From positions 29,341-93,340 of the forward strand of contig JAAYWP010000013.1 in assembly GCA_012516535.1 (NCBI GenBank): a stretch of DNA of 64,000 bases, in the 5' to 3' direction. Both the position numbers and the translations under genes were made by a program. Below, piece after piece: positions 24,800-37,140 of this stretch. Each line of letters starts with the position of its first letter. Within the stretch, counting starts at the first letter, position 1. The notes beneath the pieces were generated by a model. That model saw only the letters and a list, made by a program, of their open reading frames with translations, was not told where the DNA came from and did not search any database. The DNA is from Syntrophomonadaceae bacterium (lineage in GTDB: Bacteria > Bacillota > DSM-12270 > Thermacetogeniales > Thermacetogeniaceae).

Positions 24800-26965
24800 C
24801 TATTCCGTAACCAGTTCAAAATCGATCTGCCGGTCTTCTATACTAGCTCGTACCAACTGCACCTTAACTTGATCACCGATGCGAAAAGTTTTCTTAGTGT
24901 GCTCACCCATCAGGGTGTAGTTTCTTTCATTAAACAGATAGTAATCATCTGTGATGGAGGAAACATGCACCAAACCCTCGATACCGTTCGGCAGAGCTAC
25001 AAACATACCAAAATTAGTGATCCTCACCACAATGGCATCAAACAGTTTACCAATAAATTTCCTGATATACTCCACCTGTTTCAATTCCACAGTTTCCCGC
25101 TCTGCTTCCTCAGCCAATCTCTCCCGTTCCGAACAATGGAAAGCATAATAGGGCATCAACTGCTCCAACTTCGCTTTGCGTTTACTGGATGGCTGTCCGC
25201 GAGCCATGGTTTCCCAGAGCACTCGATGCACTATCAGGTCCGGGTAGCGGCGGATCGGTGCAGTAAAATGGGTGTACAACTGCACTGCCAGTCCAAAATG
25301 CCCTAATGGTTGGGTATCATAACGGGCATGCTGGAGAGAGCGCAACATAACCGTGTGTACCACCAGCTGTTCAGGGCGGCCCTCCACTTGATGGAGAATC
25401 TCCTGGAAAAAACGGGGGTGTACACTATCCCCCACAGGGATGTGAAAACCAAAACCATGCAGAAATTCATTTAATGTTTCCACTTCCTCCGGTTTCGGCT
25501 CTTCGTGAACCCTGTAGAGCATCGGCACCTCAATTTTTGTTAAATGCCCGGCTACTGTTTCATTTGCAATCAGCATAAACTCCTCAATGATCTGTTCTGC
25601 AATAGACTGCCTGAGGAGTATAACATCCACCGAGCGCCCCTCTTGATCAAGTGTTACCTTGCTCTCCGGAAAATCGAAATCCAGAGCACCTCTGCGCTTG
25701 CGCCTGTTGCGCAGTATCAAACAGAGATCCCTCATCTTTTGCAAAGTTGCAGTAAACCCGGCATAACGCTGACAGAGTTCCGGATCATCCTCTTCTAAAA
25801 TACGCCGCACAGCTGTATAGGTCATCCTCTCATCCACCCGGATGACTGAAGGGCCGATCTCATAGTGGATCACATTCCCCATCTCATTGATTTCCATAAA
25901 AACTGAGAGCGCCAATCGGTCCTCTCCGGCATTCAGACTGCAGATACCATTGGAGAGTTCGGTCGGAAGCATGGGGATAACCCGGTCAACCAGGTACACA
26001 CTTGTACCCCTCTTCAATGCCTCTTTGTCCAATTCACTGTCTTCTCTGACATAATAAGAAACATCGGCGATATGCACTCCCAAACGGTAATTACCATTGG
26101 GAAGTATCTCCAATGACACAGCATCATCCAGATCCTTAGCATCCTCGCCATCGATGGTGACCATCGGCAGATCCCGCAGGTCCCAGCGGCCTTCCATGTC
26201 CTCTAAGGGAACACTCTGGGGAATCGCTGCCGCTTCTTTCAATACTCTGCGGGGAAACTCCTCCGGAAGCCCGTACTTTTTGACAATAGAAAGAATATCA
26301 ACCCCTGGCTCACCCACAGCTCCGAAACGCTCGACAACCCTTCCCTCTGGGTTTCTCCGCTCTTTTGGCCAGGAGGTTATTTCCACAACCACTTTATCTC
26401 CATTGCGAGCACCCCCGGCCTGGCTTGTGGGAACGAAAATGTCCCATCCCAGCCTCTTGTCATCTGGGACAACAAAGCCGAACTGCCGTTTAGCTTCTTC
26501 AAATGTCCCCACAACTGTAGTGTTTGCCCTCTTCAGAACCCTGATTACTTCACCTTCTGCATGCTTCTTCTGCAAGCTGAATCCCAAGGGCCTGACAACA
26601 ACCCGATCACCGTGCATTGCTCCGTCCATATTTTCCCTTGAGATAAAAATATCTTCTTTTTTGCTGTCAGGGATCAGAAAGCCGTACCCTTTCGGATGTC
26701 CTTGAATTGTCCCTACGACAAGATTCATTTTCTCAGGTAATCCATATCTGTTTTTGCGTGTCCTGATTACCTGCCCCCTTGCTTCCATCTCCTGCAGCAC
26801 AGCTTCAAGGACACCCGGCTCTTGCCCCAACTGTTCTGCTAAATCCGCTAAATTCAGAGGCTTGCTGGCCGACTGTAGACAATCAATAACTTTTTTCTCT
26901 TGATTGTTGTTTGTGCCGAATATTCTTTTTCTATTCTGTGTTTTCTCCACCATCCACTCACTCAT
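24800..26965 (-). CDS. rnr: ribonuclease R
   Basis: Cold-shock-like OB domains, RNB catalytic region (DGEDAKDLDDAV, HFGL...YTHFTAPIRRYPDL), C-terminal S1 domain. The track ORF begins at 27025. The Met at 26965 is more likely, but the start is uncertain. Confidence 0.9.
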   Translation of the reverse strand: MSEWMVEKTQNRKRIFGTNNNQEKKVIDCLQSASKPLNLADLAEQLGQEPGVLEAVLQEMEARGQVIRTRKNRYGLPEKMNLVVGTIQGHPKGYGFLIPDSKKEDIFISRENMDGAMHGDRVVVRPLGFSLQKKHAEGEVIRVLKRANTTVVGTFEEAKRQFGFVVPDDKRLGWDIFVPTSQAGGARNGDKVVVEITSWPKERRNPEGRVVERFGAVGEPGVDILSIVKKYGLPEEFPRRVLKEAAAIPQSVPLEDMEGRWDLRDLPMVTIDGEDAKDLDDAVSLEILPNGNYRLGVHIADVSYYVREDSELDKEALKRGTSVYLVDRVIPMLPTELSNGICSLNAGEDRLALSVFMEINEMGNVIHYEIGPSVIRVDERMTYTAVRRILEEDDPELCQRYAGFTATLQKMRDLCLILRNRRKRRGALDFDFPESKVTLDQEGRSVDVILLRQSIAEQIIEEFMLIANETVAGHLTKIEVPMLYRVHEEPKPEEVETLNEFLHGFGFHIPVGDSVHPRFFQEILHQVEGRPEQLVVHTVMLRSLQHARYDTQPLGHFGLAVQLYTHFTAPIRRYPDLIVHRVLWETMARGQPSSKRKAKLEQLMPYYAFHCSERERLAEEAERETVELKQVEYIRKFIGKLFDAIVVRITNFGMFVALPNGIEGLVHVSSITDDYYLFNERNYTLMGEHTKKTFRIGDQVKVQLVRASIEDRQIDFELVTE

Positions 26966-27200
26966 TTCTTTCTCAATTTTAGTATTACACGGCAGCAAAA
27001 ACAACCGCCAACTGCATGATTCCACAAATAAGATTGTTTCTGTTCACAAAACTGGTATTATTGTTATTCTGCCTTAAGTGAAATTCAAATTATTCGTAAA
27101 TTTTATCTTCTGCAAGACCAGCACAAAAAGGAGGCTTAGTGCTTGAATCATCCGCGAATGCCTCCATTAGGGTTAAAGGAGCAGCAATCCACAGATAATA

Positions 27201-27228
27201 CAAAAAGGGATATATTTCCATATACCCC
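27201..27228 (-). terminator. rho-independent terminator downstream of secG
   Basis: 9-bp stem that is complete only on the minus strand (the plus-strand A.C mismatch becomes G.U), followed by TTTTTG. Confidence 0.55.
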
Positions 27229-27305
27229 TTCTCTCATAAAAAGTATTTTTGATCAGTTATTTTTAATATTTAATAGTACCGGTTTTATAAAAACATTACT
27301 TTCAT

Positions 27306-27533
27306 TTATTCGATAAAAGTTAGCAGTAAAGTGATGACTAAGAACGCAGCAGCAAGCCCTGCAGATACCTTGCTGAGAAACTCATCAAGCCCCTTCTTTT
27401 TTCCCAATAGTGACTGTGCACCACCAGCGATCGCACCTGATATGCCGGCGGCCCGTCCGGACTGCATCAAAATTGTACTAATTAAAGCGACACTGACCAT
27501 GGCATCTAAAACAATCAAAATGGTCCTTACCAA
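27306..27533 (-). CDS. secG: preprotein translocase subunit SecG
   Basis: 75 aa, two TM helices, LMQSGRAAGISGAIAGG motif. Confidence 0.9.
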   Translation of the reverse strand: MVRTILIVLDAMVSVALISTILMQSGRAAGISGAIAGGAQSLLGKKKGLDEFLSKVSAGLAAAFLVITLLLTFIE

Positions 27534-27735
27534 ACTATAGTCTCCCCTTTGCGTAACTTAATTCACCAGTTCAAAGATACATCTATTGTAGCACTGGGAG
27601 CAACCAGTTGTAAAGGGACAGAACTATAGTCAACATTTACTCTGGTTTAGTCAATACTTTTGACATTAAAAACAACATCAGTTAAAGTACCATTAAAATT
27701 TTCAAAATCAAAAAAAAATCACAGCAGTTATCAAG

Positions 27736-28251
27736 TTATTCAAAATCCTTCATCCACTCTTTTGTAATATCTCGATTCATCTCATGACAAAACCGGTCAA
27801 TCTTTTCTACCAGTACAGCCGGCTTATCCCCCTGTTGATCAACAGCCTTCATAACCATATTGGTAATAATTCGGTCAAAAAATGATAGTTTATTGAGATC
27901 TATTTTTCCACCGAAACATTCTACTGCTGCCGCATGGTCAAGCAACTGCTGTGGAAATGAATTCTCTATGTTCTGTTTCGCATTTTCGAGCAGACCACAA
28001 CAAATAAACAAACCGATCTTTTTCTTTGTTAATTCTTCAATATTCTCTCTGCAGAATCTCTTAATCTGCTTCTGAATTTGCCCAAACCGAATTGATCCCC
28101 CGATAATCACCTGATCGTAATGTGCTAGCTCCGGCACACCTTCTGTTTGAATATCCACCAAATCAACACTGCCGTAAATCTGCCTGGCCAAAATCTCAGC
28201 ACATTCTTTAGCAGTTCCATACCTGCTGGCAAAAATTATCACTGTATTCAC
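27736..28251 (-). CDS. flavodoxin-domain protein (HemG-like family)
   Basis: N-terminal IIFASRYGTAKECAE flavodoxin-like phosphate-binding loop. 171 aa. Confidence 0.65.
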   Translation of the reverse strand: MNTVIIFASRYGTAKECAEILARQIYGSVDLVDIQTEGVPELAHYDQVIIGGSIRFGQIQKQIKRFCRENIEELTKKKIGLFICCGLLENAKQNIENSFPQQLLDHAAAVECFGGKIDLNKLSFFDRIITNMVMKAVDQQGDKPAVLVEKIDRFCHEMNRDITKEWMKDFE

Positions 28252-28300
28252 GTAGATTCCCCCGTTGGTTTTTCTCTCCCTTCGCTGTCACTCCGGTAAT

Positions 28301-28380
28301 ATCGCGCGGAGGGACAGTCCCGGTGATCGGGGATAAACACTGCTCATCGCGCGGGGACTGTCCCTCTAATCGGTCTAATC
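28301..28380. repeat. REP cluster, GGGACAGTCCC palindrome type (two units in opposite orientation)
   Basis: ATCGCGCGGAGGGACAGTCCCGGTGATCGG and ATCGCGCGGGGACTGTCCCTCTAATCGGTCTAATC. The same family occurs at 52269-52360 and 47058-47080. Confidence 0.85.
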
Positions 28381-28392
28381 AGCCTATATCAA

Positions 28393-29703
<1,311 letters not shown>

Positions 29704-29722
29704 TTACCTCCCTTCTCTTGAA

Positions 29723-31264
29723 TTATATTTCCTCAATTAGCGAATTACCGGTCATTTCAGGGGGCTTAGGTATCCCCAGAATATCCAGCATAGTTGGGGC
29801 TATATCCTCTAGGGAGCCGCCCTCTCTCAGCCGCACCTCCTTGAATCTTTCACCGACCAAGATCAGGGGTACGGGATTTGTGGTATGGGCGGTATGGGGC
29901 TCATCACTGCCATCTTCCAGCATCATCTCGGCATTCCCATGATCCGCAGTAACCAAAGCTGTCCCTCCCCTCTCCAAAACAGCCTCCACCACCCGCCCAA
30001 GGCAACTATCCACCGCTTGAACCGCCTTGATAGCCGCCTCCAATACACCTGTGTGTCCAACCATATCAGGATTGGCATAGTTTAAGATGATCACATCATA
30101 AAGATCCCGCTTGATCTCAGCAATTACCCGTTCTGTAACCTCAGGGGCGCTCATCTCCGGTTTTAGGTCATAGGTGGCAACCTTGGGTGATGGGATCAGA
30201 ATCCTTTCTTCCCCTGGATTAGGAGTCTCCACACCTCCATTGAAAAAGAAGGTCACATGGGCATACTTTTCGGTCTCAGCTATACGCAGCTGTTGCAGGC
30301 CATTGGCTGCTAGGACCTCCCCCAAAGTGTTCTCCAGTGTTTGAGGTGGAAAGGCCACAGGAGCGTCAATTGTGGCATCATATTGGGTCATGCAGATAAA
30401 ATGGACATCAGGGTACTCTTTTCTGGTAAATCCACTGAAATCCCGGTCCACAAAGCTGCGTGTGATCTCCCGCGCCCGGTCGGCACGGAAGTTATAAAAA
30501 ATCACCACATCACCGGGACGAACCAAACCTTTCGGTTTTCCCTCCTGATCCAGGATTACCGTAGGTACTACAAACTCATCGGTCACCTCATTTGCATAAG
30601 ATTCTCTAACAGCTTTAGTTGCAGATGAGGCTTTTTCCCCTTCACCATACACAATGGCCTGGAAGGCTTTCTCCACACGCTCCCATCTTTTGTCCCGATC
30701 CATGGCATAATATCTTCCGCTTACAGTGGCTATCTCACCAACACCCAACTCACTGCACTTCTGCTCTAAGCTCTCAATATAACCCAAACCACTGGTCGGA
30801 GGAACATCACGACCATCCAGAAAAGCGTGAATATAAACCTTTTTCAACTGACAGCACTTAGCCATCTCCAGAAGAGCATAAAGGTGGGTCAGGTGGCTGT
30901 GCACACCACCATCGGAAAGCAGGCCGAAAAGATGCAGAGAGCTTCCTTTTTTCTTTGCCCTCTGCATTCCCTCCGCTAAAACGGAATTATGATAAAACTC
31001 GCCGCTTTTGATGGACCTGCTGATCCTTGTAATATCCTGATAGACCACCCTCCCAGCACCGATATTAAGGTGGCCTACTTCCGAGTTCCCCATCTGCCCT
31101 TCAGGTAGTCCTACTCTTTCTCCTGATGCTATTAACAATGTATGGGGATTGCTTTTCTGAAGCTGTGTAAAATATGGTATTTCAGCTAGCCGCAGGGCGT
31201 TTCCCCTTTGTTCAGAGGAAATCCCCCAGCCATCAAGAATTACCAGCACTAATGGGCTTTTCAA
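29723..31264 (-). CDS. gpmI: 2,3-bisphosphoglycerate-independent phosphoglycerate mutase
   Basis: 513 aa with VILDGWG, GNSEVGHLN and ADHGNAE motifs. Confidence 0.95.
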   Translation of the reverse strand: MKSPLVLVILDGWGISSEQRGNALRLAEIPYFTQLQKSNPHTLLIASGERVGLPEGQMGNSEVGHLNIGAGRVVYQDITRISRSIKSGEFYHNSVLAEGMQRAKKKGSSLHLFGLLSDGGVHSHLTHLYALLEMAKCCQLKKVYIHAFLDGRDVPPTSGLGYIESLEQKCSELGVGEIATVSGRYYAMDRDKRWERVEKAFQAIVYGEGEKASSATKAVRESYANEVTDEFVVPTVILDQEGKPKGLVRPGDVVIFYNFRADRAREITRSFVDRDFSGFTRKEYPDVHFICMTQYDATIDAPVAFPPQTLENTLGEVLAANGLQQLRIAETEKYAHVTFFFNGGVETPNPGEERILIPSPKVATYDLKPEMSAPEVTERVIAEIKRDLYDVIILNYANPDMVGHTGVLEAAIKAVQAVDSCLGRVVEAVLERGGTALVTADHGNAEMMLEDGSDEPHTAHTTNPVPLILVGERFKEVRLREGGSLEDIAPTMLDILGIPKPPEMTGNSLIEEI

Positions 31265-32046
31265 ACACTTTTCCCCCTTATTTCTGCTGTGGACTGTATA
31301 ATTGCTACAAATTTATCGATATTTAAGCTGGCTCCACCTACCAGTAGTCCATCGATCTCTTCTTCATTCATAAAAGAAGGGGTGGATTCAGGTGTCACAC
31401 TTCCCCCATAAAGAAAACGAAGCTGGGAAGCAAATTCTTCTCCATACATCTCAGCAACCTGTTCCCGCAGGGCTTTGATGACCTCTACAGCATCCTCTGG
31501 GGTTGCTGTCTTCCCGGTTCCAATAGCCCAAACAGGCTCATAAGCAACAACGAGAGATGGTGGCTGGCCCTCCCTGATACCGGATAGCCCAGCCTTCAAC
31601 TGTTCCAGGCAGTGCGGTACTGCCTTTCCGGCCTCCCGAATTTCCAGCTTCTCCCCCAGGCACAAAATAGGGCACAACCCACAGTTAACAGCAGTAACCA
31701 GCTTGTTGGCGATTACTTCATCGGTTTCTCCAAAATGAGTACGGCGCTCTGAGTGCCCCAGTATAACATAACGGCAGCCAAGGGCTTGCAACATGGGAGC
31801 GGATACTTCTCCAGTATAAGCACCCTTTGTTTCCCAGTGCATGTTTTGAGCGCCCCAGGCAATATAACTACCTGCAAGCTCAGAAGCAACTGCAGCAAGT
31901 GCAGGGAAAGGAGGACAAATGAGAACCTCCACACTATCCTCCTTTGTCACCCTCTCCCGCAGCAGTTTAGCAAAATTCCCCGCTTCGGCAGGTGTTTTAT
32001 TCATTTTCCAGTTGCCTGCTATCAAAGGCATCCTTTTGGTTTTCAC
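31261..32046 (-). CDS. tpiA: triosephosphate isomerase
   Basis: GNWKMN, GHSERR, AYEPVWAIGTG motifs. 4-nt overlap with gpmI. Confidence 0.95.
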   Translation of the reverse strand: MKTKRMPLIAGNWKMNKTPAEAGNFAKLLRERVTKEDSVEVLICPPFPALAAVASELAGSYIAWGAQNMHWETKGAYTGEVSAPMLQALGCRYVILGHSERRTHFGETDEVIANKLVTAVNCGLCPILCLGEKLEIREAGKAVPHCLEQLKAGLSGIREGQPPSLVVAYEPVWAIGTGKTATPEDAVEVIKALREQVAEMYGEEFASQLRFLYGGSVTPESTPSFMNEEEIDGLLVGGASLNIDKFVAIIQSTAEIRGKSV

Positions 32047-32133
32047 TATAATGAGCTCTCCTCCCTTAAATTATTGACCGGTTTCACCATACCGGTGCCA
32101 CATGATCAATAGTTCGCTCCTCAAGTCAACATT

Positions 32134-33312
32134 CTAGTCTCTCAAGAGAACGGCAACTCCAGGCAATTCTTTGCCTTCCAAAAACTCTAAGGAGGCGCCT
32201 CCACCTGTAGAGGCATGGGTTACCTGCTCTTTAAGCCCATACTTTTCCAGTACCGCCAGGGAGTCACCACCACCCACCACAGATACCAGTCCTGGATGGG
32301 TCAAGGCCCTGGCTACTGCTTCACTTCCACCTGCAAATTCATCCTTTTCAAAAACACCCATTGGCCCATTCCAAAAAGCGGTTTTCGCTTTTTTAATCAA
32401 TTCGGCATAACACTCTGCTGTGCGGGGACCGATATCCATGGCCTTCCAGCCATCTGGCACCTTTTGGGAATCAACAATCTTTACTTCCCCCTCTTCTCCA
32501 GTGGTTACCCGCAGGTCCACAGGAAGTTCCACCCGTACTCCCCGCTCTTTTGCTTTATTAAGAAAATCTGCCGCAAATTCCAGGTGGTCCTCATCAACAA
32601 GGGAGTCTCCCATCTGGGCTCCTTGAGCCTTTAAGAAGGTATTGGCCATTCCACCGCCCAAAAGGATGGCATCCACCTGTCCTAAAAGATTATTGAGAAC
32701 CCCGATTTTGTCACTTACCTTTGCCCCACCAAGCACAGCCACAAAGGGATGATCCGGATCAGTAAGGATACTGCCCAATGCTTTGATCTCCTTTTCCATC
32801 AACAGACCTGCAGCTGCAGGCAGATATGAAGCAACCCCTGCAGTGGAGGCGTGAGCCCGGTGGGCTGTTCCGAAGGCATCATTGATATAGATCTCTGCCA
32901 GTGAAGCCAAACTCTTGGCAAACTCGGGGTCATTTTTCTCTTCTTCAGGGTGAAAGCGCAGGTTTTCTAATAGCAGGACCTCCCCCGGTTTGAGCTCTTC
33001 TGCAGCTTTAGCTACTTCAGGGCCAATGCAGTCATCCACTTTTTTTACTGGTTTTCCCAAGAGTTCTCCTAAACGCCGCGCCACATCATCCAGTCTGAGT
33101 TGATCCACCACTTTACCCTTGGGACGCCCCAAATGGCTCATCAGGATCACTGCTGCCCCAGCACCCAGAAGGTATTCTATTGTTGGCAGGGTAGCTTTGA
33201 TTCTGCTGTCATCAGCTACCTTCCCCTGCTCATCTAAAGGAACATTAAAATCAACACGCACTAAAACCTTTTTGCCTTTTATGTCCAGACTCTTAATGGT
33301 TTTTAGGTCCAA
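32134..33312 (-). CDS. pgk: phosphoglycerate kinase
   Basis: [27 protein letters not shown] motifs. Confidence 0.97.
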   Translation of the reverse strand: MDLKTIKSLDIKGKKVLVRVDFNVPLDEQGKVADDSRIKATLPTIEYLLGAGAAVILMSHLGRPKGKVVDQLRLDDVARRLGELLGKPVKKVDDCIGPEVAKAAEELKPGEVLLLENLRFHPEEEKNDPEFAKSLASLAEIYINDAFGTAHRAHASTAGVASYLPAAAGLLMEKEIKALGSILTDPDHPFVAVLGGAKVSDKIGVLNNLLGQVDAILLGGGMANTFLKAQGAQMGDSLVDEDHLEFAADFLNKAKERGVRVELPVDLRVTTGEEGEVKIVDSQKVPDGWKAMDIGPRTAECYAELIKKAKTAFWNGPMGVFEKDEFAGGSEAVARALTHPGLVSVVGGGDSLAVLEKYGLKEQVTHASTGGGASLEFLEGKELPGVAVLLRD

Positions 33313-33333
33313 TTATTGACGCCACCTTTCCTT

Positions 33334-34377
<1,044 letters not shown>

Positions 34378-34613
34378 TCACTCGATAACAATAGTATGTG
34401 ATTTTATCTGCATTATATAGGTCTTGTGTCATCCAGCGGCATCTATGAACTCAAAAAAAGCATCTGCCGGGCAGGTGATACTTATAACTATTCCATACTA
34501 TTTGCCTGATATACTGCTACATCATTTACTAAAAAACACCTATATAATACATAACATTTCAAATAAAATTATATACTATTTGATTGGCAATGCAACCCAG
34601 AAATTGGCGAGGC

Positions 34614-34642
34614 AAATTAAAAAGGCGCATTCACAGCGCCTT
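34614..34642 (-). terminator. rho-independent terminator of rpoN
   Basis: AAGGCGC-N7-GCGCCTT, followed on the minus strand by TTTTTAATTT. 26 nt after the rpoN stop. Confidence 0.75.
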
Positions 34643-34667
34643 GGATTTTTATATTATTTTTTATATA

Positions 34668-36068
34668 TTAGCGGTAGCGTTTTCGCTGACGCATAGGAGG
34701 AATACCTATTTCCTTTCTATATTTCGCTATAGTTCTACGGGCGATATTAATCCCTTTGCTAGTCAGCATTTCACAGATCTGCTGATCACTATATGGTTCA
34801 TAGGGATCTTCCCCTTCAACTATTTCTTTGATGAGCTGTTTGATGGTTTCAGTAGCCACCATTTTGCCAGCTGCTGCATTTTCCACCCCACTGGTGAAAA
34901 AAAACTTTAGCTCAAACAGACCCTGGGGTGTTTGGATATACTTGTTGGCAATAGCCCTGCTCACAGTGGATTCATGCATATCTGCCTTTTCTGCAATATC
35001 TTTGAGGTTAAGGGGTTTTAGATATTTGATACCCCGATCCAGAAACTCCCGCTGGTAGTCAACTATACACTGAACCACACGGTAAAGGGTAAGCCTTCTC
35101 TGTTCAATACTGCGGATCAGCCAAAGAGCGGATTTCATTTTATCTTGTATAAACTCAACGGTCCCTGAATCACAGTTATTTTTCTGATTGATGAGGAGCT
35201 GATAATTTCTGTTAATTTTTAGGCGGGGTACAGCTACATCATTAACAATAATAACATATTCATCATTTACCTTTTCCACAACTACATCTGGGGTAATATA
35301 GCGGTTATCGCCGGGCAGGAAATTGCGCCCAGGTATAGGGTCAAGTGATTTGATTAAATCAGCCTGTTGCTGCACTTCCTGCACTGTTAGTCCCAGGCTT
35401 GAGGCAATCTTCAGCAAATTTCCGTTGGCAATATCATTCAAATAGCAATCAACAATCTTCTCTATAAGGGGGGTGCGCTGCCCCCGCTGCTCCAGCTGAA
35501 TAAGCAGGCATTCCTTAAGATCACGGGCACCTACCCCAGGGGGATCCAGGCTCTGAATCATTTTGAGAACCCGTTCAAGAGCATGCTGCCCATATCCTGA
35601 TATCAAACTGGCATCTTTAAGGCTGATATTCAGATATCCCCGGTCATTGATGTTCCCAATAAGAAATTCGCCGATTTCCATGTCTTCAGGTTCGGAAAGG
35701 ACAAGACGCAATTGGAGGTACAAATGTTCATGCAGAGTGGGGATTTGGGGAACAAAATGTTCGAGGTTGTACTGTTCTTTTTCCTCCTGTTCTGCCCATG
35801 CCCGATCAAAGGAACGGTCAATCTGACCGCACTCAGCAAGATAATCACACCACTCCTGAGTAAAATCATCTTTCTTCTTATCAGTTGGCGGCTTCTCCTC
35901 TGCTTCTTCTTCTGACAGCTCAAGAAGTGGATTTTCCAGAAGGGCATTCTCTATATACTGTGCTAGATCCATCGATGATAACTGCAGTACCATGATTGCT
36001 TGGCGAAGCTCTGGTGTCATGATCAGCTTCTGCGTTTGTTCTAGCTTCATACCATAACTCAAACGCAT
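34668..36068 (-). CDS. rpoN: RNA polymerase sigma-54 factor
   Basis: N-terminal Gln/Leu-rich region I (QTQKLIMTPELRQAI), C-terminal HTH and RpoN box (ARRTIAKYR). Confidence 0.95.
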   Translation of the reverse strand: MRLSYGMKLEQTQKLIMTPELRQAIMVLQLSSMDLAQYIENALLENPLLELSEEEAEEKPPTDKKKDDFTQEWCDYLAECGQIDRSFDRAWAEQEEKEQYNLEHFVPQIPTLHEHLYLQLRLVLSEPEDMEIGEFLIGNINDRGYLNISLKDASLISGYGQHALERVLKMIQSLDPPGVGARDLKECLLIQLEQRGQRTPLIEKIVDCYLNDIANGNLLKIASSLGLTVQEVQQQADLIKSLDPIPGRNFLPGDNRYITPDVVVEKVNDEYVIIVNDVAVPRLKINRNYQLLINQKNNCDSGTVEFIQDKMKSALWLIRSIEQRRLTLYRVVQCIVDYQREFLDRGIKYLKPLNLKDIAEKADMHESTVSRAIANKYIQTPQGLFELKFFFTSGVENAAAGKMVATETIKQLIKEIVEGEDPYEPYSDQQICEMLTSKGINIARRTIAKYRKEIGIPPMRQRKRYR

Positions 36069-36168
36069 TATAATAACAACCCCCCAACCTTTATCACTGT
36101 TATAATTCTCTTTTCATTGAAGGATTCCTTCTTCCCCCTATTAAGATATGATATCTGTCTTACTGTGA

Positions 36169-37137
36169 TTAATTGTTCGGGGTTCCATCCCTCTTTACCA
36201 TACTCTGCTTTTTTCGCAGTTGGTCTGCAATCCGGCTGATTTCCCGGAAACGATGATAGACACCAGATTTGCTCAAAGAAGGGGTAAGCAGTTTTCCAAG
36301 ATCTGACAGGCTAGCCTCCGGATGCAGTAAACGCAGTTCGGCCAGCTCCCGTAAGGCAGGTGGCAAGACGCCCAAACCAGCTAATGACTGGATCTCCTCG
36401 ATCACTGCAACCTGTTTTAGGCCAGCCTCCACCGATTTTTCCAAATTAGCAGTCTCACAATTGACCAGCCTATTAACCTGGTTGCGCATATCTTTTATGA
36501 CACGGCAGTTTTCCACTTGCAGAACAGCCTGATTGGCTCCGATGATTCGCAAAAACTCTACAACCTGATCTGCTTCTTTAAGATAAAGCTCATAGCCATC
36601 GCGGTGCTTCCTGGTGTTTGGATTTACACCAAAAGAGGTCAGGGCTCTGATAGCCTCATTCGCTCCGGCCGGGGTTTTAAAGAATAATTCCAAATGATAA
36701 GCATTTTTAGGGTTCCCGACAAAACCACTGCCCAGAAAACAGCCCCTTAAAAATGCTTTTCTGCAGCAGTTCTTTTCCAGGATATTGGGATCAAGGGTAT
36801 CCATCAAATGCTGCTTCCTATCAACAAAGCCCAAATCCTGAAGCAGATTATGTTCCTGCTGCATTAAGGGAATCTGTACTGTAAACAGACGGCGGCGGCG
36901 AGGTCGGGAATAGCGGTTGATGGTGATCAAGCTTTTCCACCCCAGATTCTTGGATAGCAGAAAAATGCGCCTGGCCACCACAGCAGCCTCTGTTTCCATT
37001 ACCAGTATCTTTTGCTTACCGAGGCGGACAACACCCAACACCCTTGCTAGAGCTGCTAGTTCCGCCTGCTGACAACACTGATGCTCTATAGGCAGCCGCG
37101 CCACCTCACCCTTTACCTGCATAGAAAATGACATCAC
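36169..37137 (-). CDS. whiA: DNA-binding protein WhiA
   Basis: Degenerate LAGLIDADG-like N-terminal domain and C-terminal HTH (SKSGVYHRFREI). Lies next to yvcK and rapZ as in other Firmicutes. Confidence 0.9.
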   Translation of the reverse strand: MMSFSMQVKGEVARLPIEHQCCQQAELAALARVLGVVRLGKQKILVMETEAAVVARRIFLLSKNLGWKSLITINRYSRPRRRRLFTVQIPLMQQEHNLLQDLGFVDRKQHLMDTLDPNILEKNCCRKAFLRGCFLGSGFVGNPKNAYHLELFFKTPAGANEAIRALTSFGVNPNTRKHRDGYELYLKEADQVVEFLRIIGANQAVLQVENCRVIKDMRNQVNRLVNCETANLEKSVEAGLKQVAVIEEIQSLAGLGVLPPALRELAELRLLHPEASLSDLGKLLTPSLSKSGVYHRFREISRIADQLRKKQSMVKRDGTPNN

Positions 37138-37140
37138 TGA

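Noticed and set aside
27127-27200. RBS-like AAAGGAGG followed by a 19-codon GTG ORF (MLESSANASIRVKGAAIHR), and a GGAGGC/GCCTCC hairpin between secG and rnr.
   Set aside because: The ORF is very short and lies on the strand opposite to all neighbouring genes. The hairpin plus T-tract on the minus strand is more simply a second terminator or attenuator between secG and rnr.
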